Counted from the first letter of the stretch, positions 38,226 to 47,876 are shown. The stretch: DNA of 64,000 bases from Pseudomonadota bacterium (GCA_021325135.1 JAJPHT010000046.1:1-64000); one strand, 5' to 3'. Notes: generated by a model from the letters alone, not told the origin. Numbers and translations are program-made.

Positions 38226-39548
38226 GTGCCGAAGGACCTGCGCGTGGCCACGGGCCCCGCCGCGCTCCGCGGGAAGCCCATCACGCTGCGCCTCGACGGT
38301 CGCGCCATCAGGGCCTTCGAAGGGGAGACCGTGGGCGCGGCGCTCCACGCCGCGGGCGAGCGCGTCCTCATGCGCTCCATCAAGTACCACCGCCCGCGGG
38401 GCCTCTTCTGCTGCACCGGCAAGTGCGCGGGTTGCCTCATGCGCGTGGACGGCACGCCCAACGTGCGCGCCTGCGTGACGCCCGCCCACGACGGCATGGT
38501 CGTCGAGACGCAGAACGCCTTCCCCAGCGCGCGGCGCGACCTCTTCGCCGTCGTGGACAAGGCGTACCCGCGCGTGCTGGACGTCCACGAGCAGCTCGCC
38601 CGCGCGCCGCTGCTGCGCCCGATCCACCACGCCATCGTGCGCCGCATGGCCGGCTTCGGCAAGCTCCCCGACCTCAAGCCCGTTCCCCCCCGGAGGCCCG
38701 CCATCCGCCCGCTGGAGGCCGACGTGCTCGTGGCCGGCGGCGGGCCCAGCGGCCTCGCCGCCGCGCTCGCCGCCGCAGAGGCGGGCGCCCGCGTCGCGCT
38801 GGTGGACGAGGGCGACCGCGTGGGCGGCTCGCTCCTCCTCACCTCCGACGACGAGGGGCGCCACGGCGCCGCCCGCGCCGAAGAGACGCTCCAGCGCCTC
38901 CGCGCCGCGGGCGCCACCGTGCTCCCGCGCTCCGTCGTCTTCGGCCTCTACGGCACCGACGGCCACGGCGACGCGCTCCCCGCCCCCGGCCTCGCCGCCA
39001 TCCTCACCCCCGAGCGCATCCTGGAATGCAGCCCCCGCACGGTCATCGTCGCGTCCGGCGCCCACGAGACGCCGCCCCTCTTCCCCGGCAACGATCTCCC
39101 AGGCGTGATGGGCGCCCGCGCGGCGCTGATCCTCCTCCACCGCCACGGCGTCCTCGCGGGGGAGCGCATCCTCGTCTCGGGCGAGAGCGCCTGGAGGCGC
39201 GCCGCCGCCGACGACCTTGCCAAGGCCGGCGCCGAGATCGTCTCCGCCCCCGGCGCGCGCGTCGCCGAGGCCCGCGGAGGCCGCCGCGTCGAGTCCGTCG
39301 CGCTATCAAAAGGGGAGGAGACGTGGAGCGAGGAGGTGGACTGCGTCCTGGCCGCCGGCAACGAGACGCCGCGCGTGGAGCTCGTGCAGCAGGCCGGAGG
39401 CCGCCTCGTCGCGCAGGGGTGGGCCTTGGCGCCCGAGGGCGAGCGCGCGGCGCCGCGCGTCTTCGCGTGCGGCAGCGTGCTCGGGCCCGCCACGCTGGCC
39501 GAGCGCCTCGCGCAGGGCGCGCGCGTGGGCCGGGAGGCGGCCCGATGA
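38226..39548 (+). CDS. 2Fe-2S/FAD oxidoreductase, sarcosine oxidase alpha / proline dehydrogenase alpha-like
   Basis: RSIKYHRPRG..CCTGKCAGC..VRAC; GGGPSG; FPGNDLPGV. Confidence 0.85.
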   Translation: MPKDLRVATGPAALRGKPITLRLDGRAIRAFEGETVGAALHAAGERVLMRSIKYHRPRGLFCCTGKCAGCLMRVDGTPNVRACVTPAHDGMVVETQNAFPSARRDLFAVVDKAYPRVLDVHEQLARAPLLRPIHHAIVRRMAGFGKLPDLKPVPPRRPAIRPLEADVLVAGGGPSGLAAALAAAEAGARVALVDEGDRVGGSLLLTSDDEGRHGAARAEETLQRLRAAGATVLPRSVVFGLYGTDGHGDALPAPGLAAILTPERILECSPRTVIVASGAHETPPLFPGNDLPGVMGARAALILLHRHGVLAGERILVSGESAWRRAAADDLAKAGAEIVSAPGARVAEARGGRRVESVALSKGEETWSEEVDCVLAAGNETPRVELVQQAGGRLVAQGWALAPEGERAAPRVFACGSVLGPATLAERLAQGARVGREAAR

Positions 39549-39826
39549 CCACGCCCAAGCGCATCGTCTGCGCCTGCGAGGACGTGAACGACGTCGAGCT
39601 TCGCGAGGCCATCGAGGCGGGCTGCGCGGACCTGGAGAGCCTCAAGCGCCTGACCGGCTTCGCCACCGGCCCCTGCCAGGGGAAGACGTGCCTGACGCTC
39701 GCGCGCCAGATGCTCGCCGAGGCCACCGGCGCCACGCCCGAGGCCGTGGGCGCCATCACCTTTCGCCCGCCCGTCCAGCCCATCCCCCTGCGCTACCTCG
39801 CGGGCCAGGAGGGGGACGAGGCGTGA
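39545..39826 (+). CDS. BFD-like (2Fe-2S)-binding subunit
   Basis: IVCACEDV..LKRLTG..GPCQGKTC..RPP. Confidence 0.85.
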   Translation: MTTPKRIVCACEDVNDVELREAIEAGCADLESLKRLTGFATGPCQGKTCLTLARQMLAEATGATPEAVGAITFRPPVQPIPLRYLAGQEGDEA

Positions 39827-41046
39827 CGGGCCGCTTCAGCACCGAGGGGCCCCTCAAGGAACGATATCAGGTCGTCGTCGTGGGCGGCGGCGTCAACGGC
39901 TTGGGCGTCGCGCGGCACCTGGCCCTGGCGGGCGTCACCGACGTGCTGGTGCTGGAGAAGAGCTACCTCCTGCATGGCGCCAGCGGAAGGAACGGCGGCG
40001 GCGTGCGCGCCCAGTGGGGCACGATGGACAACCTCGTCCTGGCCCGCGACAGCATCCCCATGTTCCGCCACATGAGCGCGGAATTGGGGTTCAACGTCTG
40101 GTTCCGCCAAGGGGGCTATCTTTTCCTCGCGCACGACGAGGAGAAGGCCAAGGCCCTCGCGGACGTGGTGCGCTTCCACAACGCCAACGGCGTCAACAGC
40201 CGCCTCGTCGACCCCACCGAGGCGCACGTCCTCGTGCCCGACCTCAACGCCCAGGGCGTCGTCGCCGCGAGCTATCACCCTGGCGACGGCATCATCTTCC
40301 CGTGGGCCGTCGTGCAGGGGCTCGCGAAGCGCTGCGTCGAGCTTGGCGTGGACGTGCGCACCTTCACCGGCGCCACGGGCTTCGCCATGAAGGGGGGCCG
40401 CATCGTGGGCGTCGAGACGACGCGCGGCCGCGTCCACGGCGACAGCCGGGGACAGGACGGATCGGGGTCCGTCCGTGTCGAGTGCGAGACCGTCGTCAAC
40501 GCCGCGGGCTGCTGGAGCCGCGAGGTGGCCGCCCTCGCCGGCGTCGCGCTCCCCAACACGCCCGTGCGCCACGAGATCCTCGTCACCGAGGCGCTGAAGC
40601 CCTTCCTCGACCCCATGCTGGTGGACCTGCGCAACGGGCTCTACTGCAGCCAGGACATGCGGGGAGAGCTTGTCTGCGGCATCGGCATGCCCGGCGAGAA
40701 GCCCGGCGTCAGCTTCGCCAGCAGCTTCGCCTTCACGAAGCGCGTCGCCTCCGCGCTCCTGGACGTGCTCCCCTCGGTGGGCGACGTGAAGGTCATGCGC
40801 CAATGGGCGGGCGCCTACGACGTGACGCCCGACAACAAGCCCATCCTTGGCCCCTCGCCCGGCGTCGAGAACCTCGTGCAGCTCAACGGCGCGTCGGGCC
40901 ACGGCTTCATGATCTCGCCCATGACGACGCGCATCGTTGCGGACGTCATCCTGGGGCGCAAGCCGCCCGTGGACCTGGCGCCCTACCGCCTGGACCGCTT
41001 CGGCCCGGGGTGGCAGCCGGAGCCCGAGACCCTGGTCATCGGGTGA
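39823..41046 (+). CDS. FAD-dependent oxidoreductase (DAO family; sarcosine oxidase beta / dye-linked proline dehydrogenase-like)
   Basis: GGGVNG, GASGRNGG, RQWAGAYDVTPD, SGHGFM; carries an apparent 15-aa insert. Confidence 0.88.
   Translation: MTGRFSTEGPLKERYQVVVVGGGVNGLGVARHLALAGVTDVLVLEKSYLLHGASGRNGGGVRAQWGTMDNLVLARDSIPMFRHMSAELGFNVWFRQGGYLFLAHDEEKAKALADVVRFHNANGVNSRLVDPTEAHVLVPDLNAQGVVAASYHPGDGIIFPWAVVQGLAKRCVELGVDVRTFTGATGFAMKGGRIVGVETTRGRVHGDSRGQDGSGSVRVECETVVNAAGCWSREVAALAGVALPNTPVRHEILVTEALKPFLDPMLVDLRNGLYCSQDMRGELVCGIGMPGEKPGVSFASSFAFTKRVASALLDVLPSVGDVKVMRQWAGAYDVTPDNKPILGPSPGVENLVQLNGASGHGFMISPMTTRIVADVILGRKPPVDLAPYRLDRFGPGWQPEPETLVIG
40435..40479. repeat. 45-nt in-frame hairpin insert in the FAD oxidoreductase gene
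   Basis: GGACGGA-TCGGGG-TCCGTCC hairpin; CCGCGTC (40428-34) and CCGTGTC (40473-79) near-direct repeats; interrupts TTRGRV|ECETVVNAAG. Confidence 0.6.
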
Positions 41047-41191
41047 GCCGCCGCGAGTGGATCATCTCCCCCACGGAGAGGGCGATGCCGCCGGCGGCGA
41101 GGCACGCGGCGGTGAAGGGGACGACGAACGCCGCGGCGAGGGCCACGGCGCCGGCCGCGAAGGCGGCTGCTTCGGTGCGCACCATGTCCAT
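41036..41191 (-). CDS. small 2-TM membrane protein
   Basis: Hydrophobic 51-aa ORF in a gap. Confidence 0.35.
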   Translation of the reverse strand: MDMVRTEAAAFAAGAVALAAAFVVPFTAACLAAGGIALSVGEMIHSRRLTR

Positions 41192-41261
41192 GCCAAGGCC
41201 TCGCATGCGGCACCCGCGAAGGGGCGCATAACGGTTGGGGCGCACTTGTCGACGGGCGCCG

Positions 41262-41726
41262 TCAATCGGGGCCCCGGGGCGCCACCCGGGCGAAGAGGTC
41301 CACGTCGACAGGTCCGGCGTCCCGCCACGCGGCGGCGAGCCGCCCCTCCTTCCGGAAGCCCAGCGCCTCCAGCGCGTCCGCCGTCGCGCGGTCGTCCGCC
41401 CGCACGCGCGCCTCCAGCCGGTCCAGCGCAAGCTCCTCCCCTGCGTAGCGGACGACGAGAGCGAGCGCCTCGCGGGCCCTGGCGGCGTCGGCCCCCGGGG
41501 CGAGGGCGCCCACCAGCGCGGCGCGGCGCGCGATCCAGTCCACGTCCTTCAGGGCGAGGCTCCCCTCGGTGGCGCCCCCGTGCGCGGCGGCCCACACGAC
41601 GCCGATCTCCCCCTCCAGGTCCGCGCCCGCGGGGAGGAGCCACGCGCGGCGCGACGTCTCGAAGCCGGGGTCCGCCGCGTCGGGGGCCAGCACGTCGACG
41701 CGCGGCCCGCGCAGGAAGACGCTCAC
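41262..41726 (-). CDS. GNAT-family protein (RimJ/RimL-like)
   Basis: LALDRLEARV..LEALGFRKEGRL; GTGA overlap with the upstream GNAT. Confidence 0.65.
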   Translation of the reverse strand: MSVFLRGPRVDVLAPDAADPGFETSRRAWLLPAGADLEGEIGVVWAAAHGGATEGSLALKDVDWIARRAALVGALAPGADAARAREALALVVRYAGEELALDRLEARVRADDRATADALEALGFRKEGRLAAAWRDAGPVDVDLFARVAPRGPD

Positions 41727-42250
41727 CCGCGCCACTCCTCCCGCAGCAGGCCCATGATGATGCCGTCGCGCCACGCGCCGCGCTTGTGGTAGTGCCGCCT
41801 CAGGCGCCCCTCCTCGCGGAAGCCCAGGCGCGCGTAGAGTCGGCGCGCGGGGTTGTCCTCCACGACGTGGAGCCACACGCGCTGGAGGTTCAGGTCGACG
41901 AAGGCGTGGCGCAGCGCGAGGCGGACGGCCTCCTCGCCCACGCCGCGGCCGCGGTCGGCGGGGCTGAGGATGCCCAGCCCAAGCTCCGCGTGGCGCGCGA
42001 CGCGGTCCCACTCGGAGAGACCGAGGGTCCCCATGGCGCGGCCGTCCGCAGGGTCCGTCATGAGCCAGACGCGCTCGCGCTCCCCGTCGAGGCCGCGCAG
42101 CCAGCGCGACTCCATCTCCTCGGTGGTGGGGAACGCGAAGCGCAGCCAGCCGCGCAGGTCGGGGTCGTTGGCGAAGGCGAGCAGGAAGGGCACGTCGTCC
42201 TGGGTGGGCGCGCGCAGGACGACGCGCTGGCCGCGCAGGACGGGGAGCAT
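41723..42250 (-). CDS. GNAT N-acetyltransferase (RimJ/RimL/SpeG-like)
   Basis: RGRGVG acetyl-CoA motif, LNLQRVWL, NPARRLYARLGFREEGRLR. Confidence 0.85.
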   Translation of the reverse strand: MLPVLRGQRVVLRAPTQDDVPFLLAFANDPDLRGWLRFAFPTTEEMESRWLRGLDGERERVWLMTDPADGRAMGTLGLSEWDRVARHAELGLGILSPADRGRGVGEEAVRLALRHAFVDLNLQRVWLHVVEDNPARRLYARLGFREEGRLRRHYHKRGAWRDGIIMGLLREEWRG

Positions 42251-42251
42251 G

Positions 42252-43847
42252 CTACGGCGCGCTCCCGGCGGCCGCGGCGATGGCGCCCTCGTGGACCAGC
42301 GCGGTGAGCGCCGCCACGTCAGGAGCGAGCACGCGGTCCCTCTCCAGGAACGCGACGGCCTCGCGCACGCGGGCCAGCGCGCGTCGCGTGCCGGCGCCGG
42401 GCGTGAGCGGCCTGCGGAGGTCCAGCGCCTGGGCGGCGCAGAGAAGCTCGATGGCGACGACGCGCTCGGCGTTCTGGAGGATCTGCCGCGCGAGGAGCGC
42501 GCCCACGGCGCCGTTGCTCACGACGTCCTCCTGGTTCGCGCTGGTGGGGAGGCTGCCCACCACCGCCGGGTGCGCGAGCACCTGGTTCTCCAGCACCATG
42601 GCCGCGGCCACGTACTGCGGGATCATGAGGCCCGAGTTGAGGCCGCTCCTCTCCACGAGGAACGCGGGGAGCCCCTCCGAGAGGCGCGGGTCCACGAGGC
42701 GCGCGACGCGGCGCTCCGCCAGCGCGGCGACCTCCGCCAGGGCCGGCGCGAGGTACGCGCAGAGCAGGCCCAGGTTCTCGCCGTGGAAGTTGCCCCCCGA
42801 GACGGCGCCCTCCTCCAGGATGAGCGGGTTGTCGGTGGCGCTCCCCATCTCCACCTCCAGGCGCTCCTGCGCGTGGCGCAGCGCGTCGCGCACGGGGCCG
42901 AGGATCTGCGGCGCGCAGCGCAGCGAGTAGGCGTCCTGCACGCGGTCGCAGCCGGCGTGGCTCGCGACGACGCCCGAGTCCGCCAGGAGCGTGCGCAGGT
43001 GGGCCGCCGTCTCGGCCTGGCCCGGATGCGGGCGCGCGGCGTGGAGGCGCGGGTCGAAGGGCGCGACGCTGCCCAGGAGCGCCTCGATGCTCATGGCGGC
43101 GGCGACCTCGGCGGTGCGCACGAGGTTCCAGCCGTCGTGGACGAGGAGCGCCATCACGGCGCCCATCATCTGCGTGCCGTTGATGAGGGCGAGGCCCTCC
43201 TTGGGCTGCAGGACGAGGGGCGCGACGCCCGCGGCGCGCATGGCCTCGCGGCCGGGCACGACCTTGCCGTGGACGCGCGCCTCGCCCTCGCCGATGAGCA
43301 CCAGCGAGGCGTGGGCGAGGGGGACGAGGTCGCCCGAGGCGCCGAGGCTGCCGCGGCTGGGCACGACGGGCGTGATATCATGGTTGAGGAGGGCGAGGAT
43401 GGCCTCCACCGTCTCGACGCGCACGCCCGAGAGGCCCACGGCGAGGCTCGCGGCGCGAAGGAGCAGGAGGGCGCGGACGACCTCATCGGGAAGCGGCTCG
43501 CCGACGCCGCAGGCGTGGGAGAGGAGGAGATTGCGCTGGAGCGTCTCCAGGTCGCCCCGCGGGATGCGGACGCGCGCCAGCTCGCCGAAGCCGGTGGTGA
43601 CGCCGTAGGCGACGCGGCTCTCCTCGTCGTAGCGCTCCACCTGCATGCGCGAGACGGGGAGGCGCGCGTCGCTGGTCACGCCGAACTCGGGGGCGTGGCC
43701 CTCGCCCAGCATGGCGTCGACGCGGGCGCGGGAGAGGCCGATGCGCTCGCGGGCGGCGGGGGTGAGCGCGACGCGGCGGCCCCGGCGCGCGACGTCGACG
43801 ACGTCCTGCACGCGGAGCTTCTCCTCGCCCAGGCGGAAGGGCTGCAC
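42252..43847 (-). CDS. hutH: histidine ammonia-lyase
   Basis: YGVTTGFG, LSHACG (HAL-type SH), ASGDL (MIO), INGT, QDAYSLRC, GNFHG, NQED. Confidence 0.9.
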   Translation of the reverse strand: MQPFRLGEEKLRVQDVVDVARRGRRVALTPAARERIGLSRARVDAMLGEGHAPEFGVTSDARLPVSRMQVERYDEESRVAYGVTTGFGELARVRIPRGDLETLQRNLLLSHACGVGEPLPDEVVRALLLLRAASLAVGLSGVRVETVEAILALLNHDITPVVPSRGSLGASGDLVPLAHASLVLIGEGEARVHGKVVPGREAMRAAGVAPLVLQPKEGLALINGTQMMGAVMALLVHDGWNLVRTAEVAAAMSIEALLGSVAPFDPRLHAARPHPGQAETAAHLRTLLADSGVVASHAGCDRVQDAYSLRCAPQILGPVRDALRHAQERLEVEMGSATDNPLILEEGAVSGGNFHGENLGLLCAYLAPALAEVAALAERRVARLVDPRLSEGLPAFLVERSGLNSGLMIPQYVAAAMVLENQVLAHPAVVGSLPTSANQEDVVSNGAVGALLARQILQNAERVVAIELLCAAQALDLRRPLTPGAGTRRALARVREAVAFLERDRVLAPDVAALTALVHEGAIAAAAGSAP

Positions 43848-43883
43848 GGCGGCGCGAGGCGCGGCGCCCCGGATAAGCGCTTC

Positions 43884-45596
43884 TCAGGCGGGGGCGGGCG
43901 AGGCCGCGGGGGCCGCCTTGGCCGCGGGCGGCGGCGTCTCGGGAAGCTCCACGAGGAACGTCGCGCCCTTGCCGGGCCCGTCGCTCTCGCACCAGAGCCG
44001 GCCGCCGTGGCGCTCGACGATGGCGCGGCTGATGGAGAGGCCCAGCCCCGAGCCCTTGCTGCGCATCTCCGGATCGGGATGCACCTGCGAGAAGGGCTGG
44101 AAGAGCTTCGCCTGCTGCTCGGCGTCGAGCCCGGGCCCCTCGTCGCGGACGCGGAGCAGCGCGCGGCCGCCCGCGGACTCCAGCGAGACGTGGACGGCGC
44201 TTCCCTCGGGGGAGAACTTCACGGCGTTGGAGAGGAGGTTCGTGAGCACCTGCGTGAGGCGCCCCGCGTCGGCCTTCACCGGGTGGATGCCCGGGACGTC
44301 GGCCGCGAGGCAGATGCGGCGGCTCGCGGCGGGCTCGCGGAACGAGCGCACCGCGTCGAGCACCAGGGAGGAAAGCTCCGCGTCGCGCACGTCGAGGCGA
44401 AGCTGGCCCGCCTGGATGCGCGCGATGTCGCGGATGTCGTTGAGGAGGCGCTGCACCTGGTCGAGGCTGCGCAGGGCGGCGTGGCGCCTCGCCGGCGCCT
44501 CCTCGGGGTCCTCCGAGGCGACGATGCTCATGCCCACGATGGTGAGGGGGGTCATGAGGTCGTGGACGACGGCGTTGAGGTAGTGCGTGCGCGAGTCCTC
44601 CAGCTCCTTCTGGCGCGCGAGGGAGGCCTTCAGGTCGCGCGTGAGGCGGAGGTTGTCCAGGATCGTCGCCGACTGGCGCAGGCCCGAGAGGATCACGACG
44701 GCCGCGGAGCCCGCGCGCAGGAAGGGGTCCACGCGGCCGTCGCGGGCGATGGCGAAGGCGTCCACGGCAAGCAGGGCGGCCAGCGCGACGGAGGGGAGGA
44801 GCGCCGCGCGCCACGTGGGCTCGGGGGGCCGCTCGGGCGCGGCCAGCGCGCGGTCGGGGTGCGAGGCGGCCAGGGCCAGGAGCACGAAGGCCGCGAGCCA
44901 GCCCGCGTCGACGACGTTGCCCACCTCGTAGGTCCCGTCCAGGGTGAGGTAGGCGTAGCCCACGTCCGCGGCGGCGAGGCACGCGAAGGCCAGCGCGGCG
45001 AGGCGCAGCGGGGGCGACCGCCTATGGCGCGTCGCGACCATGACGCCCACGATGGTGGCCAGGAGCGCCACGTCGAAGACGGGGTAGGCGAGGCCGATGG
45101 CGCGGGCAAGCCAGCCCTGCGTGGAGTCGGCCGCCAGCGGCGCCAGGACGAAGACCCACGCGCCCAGGAGGAGCGAGACGCCCAGGAGGAGCCCGTCGAG
45201 GATCATGGAGACGCGCGCCCAGCGGGGCCACTGCCTGGGCGTGAAGAGGAGAAACCCCGCGGCGGCGAGGGGGTAGGTGGCGAGATAGCCCACGTCCGCG
45301 AGGGAGGGGAAGGGCACGTCGATGCCCAGGCCGAACTCGTACCACGTCCAGACGGCCTCGCCCGCCCCATAGGCGAGGGCCGCGAGGCCGATCATCGTCC
45401 ACGCGCGCCGCGCGGCGCCGCGGGAGAGCCACGCGGCGCGCAGGCACGCGGCGCCCGCGAAGAGCGCGGCCGCGATGGTGCCCCCGTCGCTGAGCGCGCG
45501 CGTCGCCGCGTCGCCCCACCAGTCGAAGCGCATCCAGAGGGCGAAGAGGGGCACGGCCACGGCGCCGACGGCCAGCGACGCGCGGAAGACCCTCAT
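43884..45596 (-). CDS. multi-TM sensor histidine kinase
   Basis: About 9 TM segments; H-box HDLMTPLT, N-box NLLSNAVKF, DEGPG, GSGLGL. Confidence 0.9.
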   Translation of the reverse strand: MRVFRASLAVGAVAVPLFALWMRFDWWGDAATRALSDGGTIAAALFAGAACLRAAWLSRGAARRAWTMIGLAALAYGAGEAVWTWYEFGLGIDVPFPSLADVGYLATYPLAAAGFLLFTPRQWPRWARVSMILDGLLLGVSLLLGAWVFVLAPLAADSTQGWLARAIGLAYPVFDVALLATIVGVMVATRHRRSPPLRLAALAFACLAAADVGYAYLTLDGTYEVGNVVDAGWLAAFVLLALAASHPDRALAAPERPPEPTWRAALLPSVALAALLAVDAFAIARDGRVDPFLRAGSAAVVILSGLRQSATILDNLRLTRDLKASLARQKELEDSRTHYLNAVVHDLMTPLTIVGMSIVASEDPEEAPARRHAALRSLDQVQRLLNDIRDIARIQAGQLRLDVRDAELSSLVLDAVRSFREPAASRRICLAADVPGIHPVKADAGRLTQVLTNLLSNAVKFSPEGSAVHVSLESAGGRALLRVRDEGPGLDAEQQAKLFQPFSQVHPDPEMRSKGSGLGLSISRAIVERHGGRLWCESDGPGKGATFLVELPETPPPAAKAAPAASPAPA

Positions 45597-45725
45597 CGCC
45601 CCTGGCTGGGCGACCCGGCCTCTTCAAGGGGCGTCCGTCCCGGGAGGGCGGACTCGGCGCGTCCGCTGGGGGAAAAAAGGAGAAAAAAGGAGGGCCGCCC
45701 CCGGAGGGGCGGCGGAGCGCCGCGC

Positions 45726-47564
45726 TCAGGCGCAGCCGTGGGCGGGGTCCGACGCCGCGGCGACGCTGCGGCCGCCGACGTCCTGGCCCGTGGGGTTCAG
45801 GCTCGAGCCCGCGCCCACGAGCGTGGTGTCGTAGCAGTCCGTGTCGCGGAGGTTGTACGAGCCGCCCACGAGGCCGAGGAACCGCTCGTTCAGCTTCGCG
45901 CCGGTGGTGGGGTCGAGGTTCCAGTTGGCGGGGTCGCAGTTCCAGCCGTACACGTCGTGCGCGTTGCGGCCGATGCCCTGCGTGCACCACTCGGCGCCGT
46001 AGGTGCCCACGCCGCCGGGCGTGCGCAGGCCGGAGGCGGTGACGGTCGCGTAGAACGTGTAGTAGTCCGCGCGGAACGTGTCGGGCGCGACGCTGAGGCT
46101 GTCCTTCGTCTCCGCGTTGGGGGCGCCGACGCTGGGCTGCGTGCCCAGGTAGGTGACGCCGTTCCACCACTCGTCGGAGGTCAGCAGCAGGATGCCCACC
46201 GCGTGCACGGGCTGGCCGCCGTTGCTGGGCCGGCCGCACGTCAGGCCGCCGGAGCCGGGGACCGTGACGACGGGCAGCTCGGGCAGGGGGTCGCCGTTGG
46301 GGTCGATGGAGACGTCGTCGCAGGTGCTGCGGCCCATGACGCCCTGGAAGCCGAAGCTCATGTCGGCCTGGGTCTTGTCCGACGCGTAGGTGGCGCCGGA
46401 GTCGCTGGCCTCGAAGTTGCCGTAGAAGTCGCCGCCGCTGTCGTTGCTGGTGTCGCAGTCGCCCAGGAGCTCCTCGTTGGTCTCGTTGACCGTGGCGGGG
46501 ATCGTGCCCTGCGCGTTGGGCTGGAGGGTGCCGGGCGGGCGGACGGTCTGGATGTCGCCGGGGTCCGCGACGCCGCCCTCGGCGGGCGTGCCGGTGGCGG
46601 GGTCCGAGACGGTGATGGGGTCCGCGCTGCAGTCCTGCTCGCCCCAGACGATGCTGTTGCTGCCGCCGTGGCAGTCCTTCTCGGACACGTCCTGGCCGTC
46701 CTTGCAGCTCTGCTCGGTGCCGAAGGTGGGCTGGTCCAGGGGGCCGCCGGGCTGGTAGAGCGAGCGGGGGTCGGGGAGCGTCTGGACGATGCCGGTGGGG
46801 TCGTCCGCGACGCCCGTGTTGTAGAGGTCGTGCGGGGTGGGCGCGCGGGTGGACTCCACGCACACGAGGTGCTGGATGATGCCGCCCGTGTGGGACACGT
46901 CGCCGTGGCCGAAGGGGGGCACGATGCTCACCTGGCGGCAGTGGTCGCTGGGGACCAGGGGGCCGCCGGGGGTCACGGGCGCCGTGTGCAGGTCGCCCCA
47001 GACCTTGATGCCGGCGTCCGGGATGAGGCGGTAGTTGTTGGCGTTGGCCATGAGCTCGGTGGTGTCCGTGCCGCCGATGCTCGCGGGCGCGATGGGGATC
47101 AGCTCGGTGATCCAGCCGCCGTCGTTGTGGATGGTGCCCGCGTGCGCGGCGTCGTCAGGGGTGACGGGGCAGATGTCCGTGTTGACCGGGAAGCCGGCCG
47201 CGGCGCTGGCCTCGGCGCGGTACTCGATGAGCGCGCCGCCGGCGAAGCCGACGTAGCCGTCCTGGTTGCAGTCCGCCCAGACGCCCAGGACGGAGCGCCA
47301 GGCGCCCTCGCCCACGGTGCTGACGCGGCTCTGGAGGATCGCCGAGTTGGGGGCGACGCCGCCGTTGGTGCCTTCCGCGTTGTACACGTTGAAGTAGACC
47401 TGGGCGGTGGCGGTGCCCGGGGCGTCCGACCACATGAAGCCGTGGCCGACGTCGTAGCCCGAGTCGGGCTCGGCGCCGCCGACTGAGCCCCAGCCCGCCA
47501 GGGCCGAGGGGACAAGCATGGCCGTCGCCAGCGCGACAGCCGAAAGGGTGACGATGCGATTCAT
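45726..47564 (-). CDS. large secreted acidic, Cys-containing protein (surface/extracellular)
   Basis: Signal peptide MNRIVTLSAVALATAMLVPSALA; D/T/G-rich; DCNQDGYV Ca-binding-like loop. Confidence 0.75.
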   Translation of the reverse strand: MNRIVTLSAVALATAMLVPSALAGWGSVGGAEPDSGYDVGHGFMWSDAPGTATAQVYFNVYNAEGTNGGVAPNSAILQSRVSTVGEGAWRSVLGVWADCNQDGYVGFAGGALIEYRAEASAAAGFPVNTDICPVTPDDAAHAGTIHNDGGWITELIPIAPASIGGTDTTELMANANNYRLIPDAGIKVWGDLHTAPVTPGGPLVPSDHCRQVSIVPPFGHGDVSHTGGIIQHLVCVESTRAPTPHDLYNTGVADDPTGIVQTLPDPRSLYQPGGPLDQPTFGTEQSCKDGQDVSEKDCHGGSNSIVWGEQDCSADPITVSDPATGTPAEGGVADPGDIQTVRPPGTLQPNAQGTIPATVNETNEELLGDCDTSNDSGGDFYGNFEASDSGATYASDKTQADMSFGFQGVMGRSTCDDVSIDPNGDPLPELPVVTVPGSGGLTCGRPSNGGQPVHAVGILLLTSDEWWNGVTYLGTQPSVGAPNAETKDSLSVAPDTFRADYYTFYATVTASGLRTPGGVGTYGAEWCTQGIGRNAHDVYGWNCDPANWNLDPTTGAKLNERFLGLVGGSYNLRDTDCYDTTLVGAGSSLNPTGQDVGGRSVAAASDPAHGCA

Positions 47565-47723
47565 TGCTCCAACACTCCACGGGCTGGGATAGCCTCCTCC
47601 AAGCTCCGTGGGCCTCGCTATCGCTTGTCATGAGAAAAGAGTTGCCTGGCGGCAAGGCCGGGACAGCGCCGTTGTCACCCTGGGGGGCAACGCGAAGGGG
47701 CTGTCCTCCATGGGCGCTCGCTA

Positions 47724-47838
47724 GGGGCTGCGCCCCCTTTCCCCCGCACAACCCGAACCACCGAACCCACGAACCACGGTTCCTACTGTGGTTCGTGGGT
47801 TCGGGTTGCCAGAGGGTCTGGGGGACGAAGTCTCCCAG
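47724..47838. repeat. palindromic REP/MITE-like element, family 1, copy 2 (inverted relative to copy 1)
   Basis: GGGGCTGCGCCCCCTTTCCCCCGC..AACCCGAACCACCGAACC..GTGGTTCGTGGGTTCGGGTTGC matches the reverse complement of 9518-9611; ends in GGGGGACGAAGTCTCCC. Confidence 0.85.
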
Positions 47839-47876
47839 GAAGAGCGCCAGCGATCAGGCGGGCCCCGGCTTGCCCT

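Noticed and set aside
41853-47486. 1877-aa plus-strand ORF, and similar long ORFs such as 47886..51149, 6019..8856, 9654..12287 and 50984..53395
   Set aside because: Antisense or off-frame shadows of well-supported genes; high GC suppresses stop codons; the translations have no recognisable motifs
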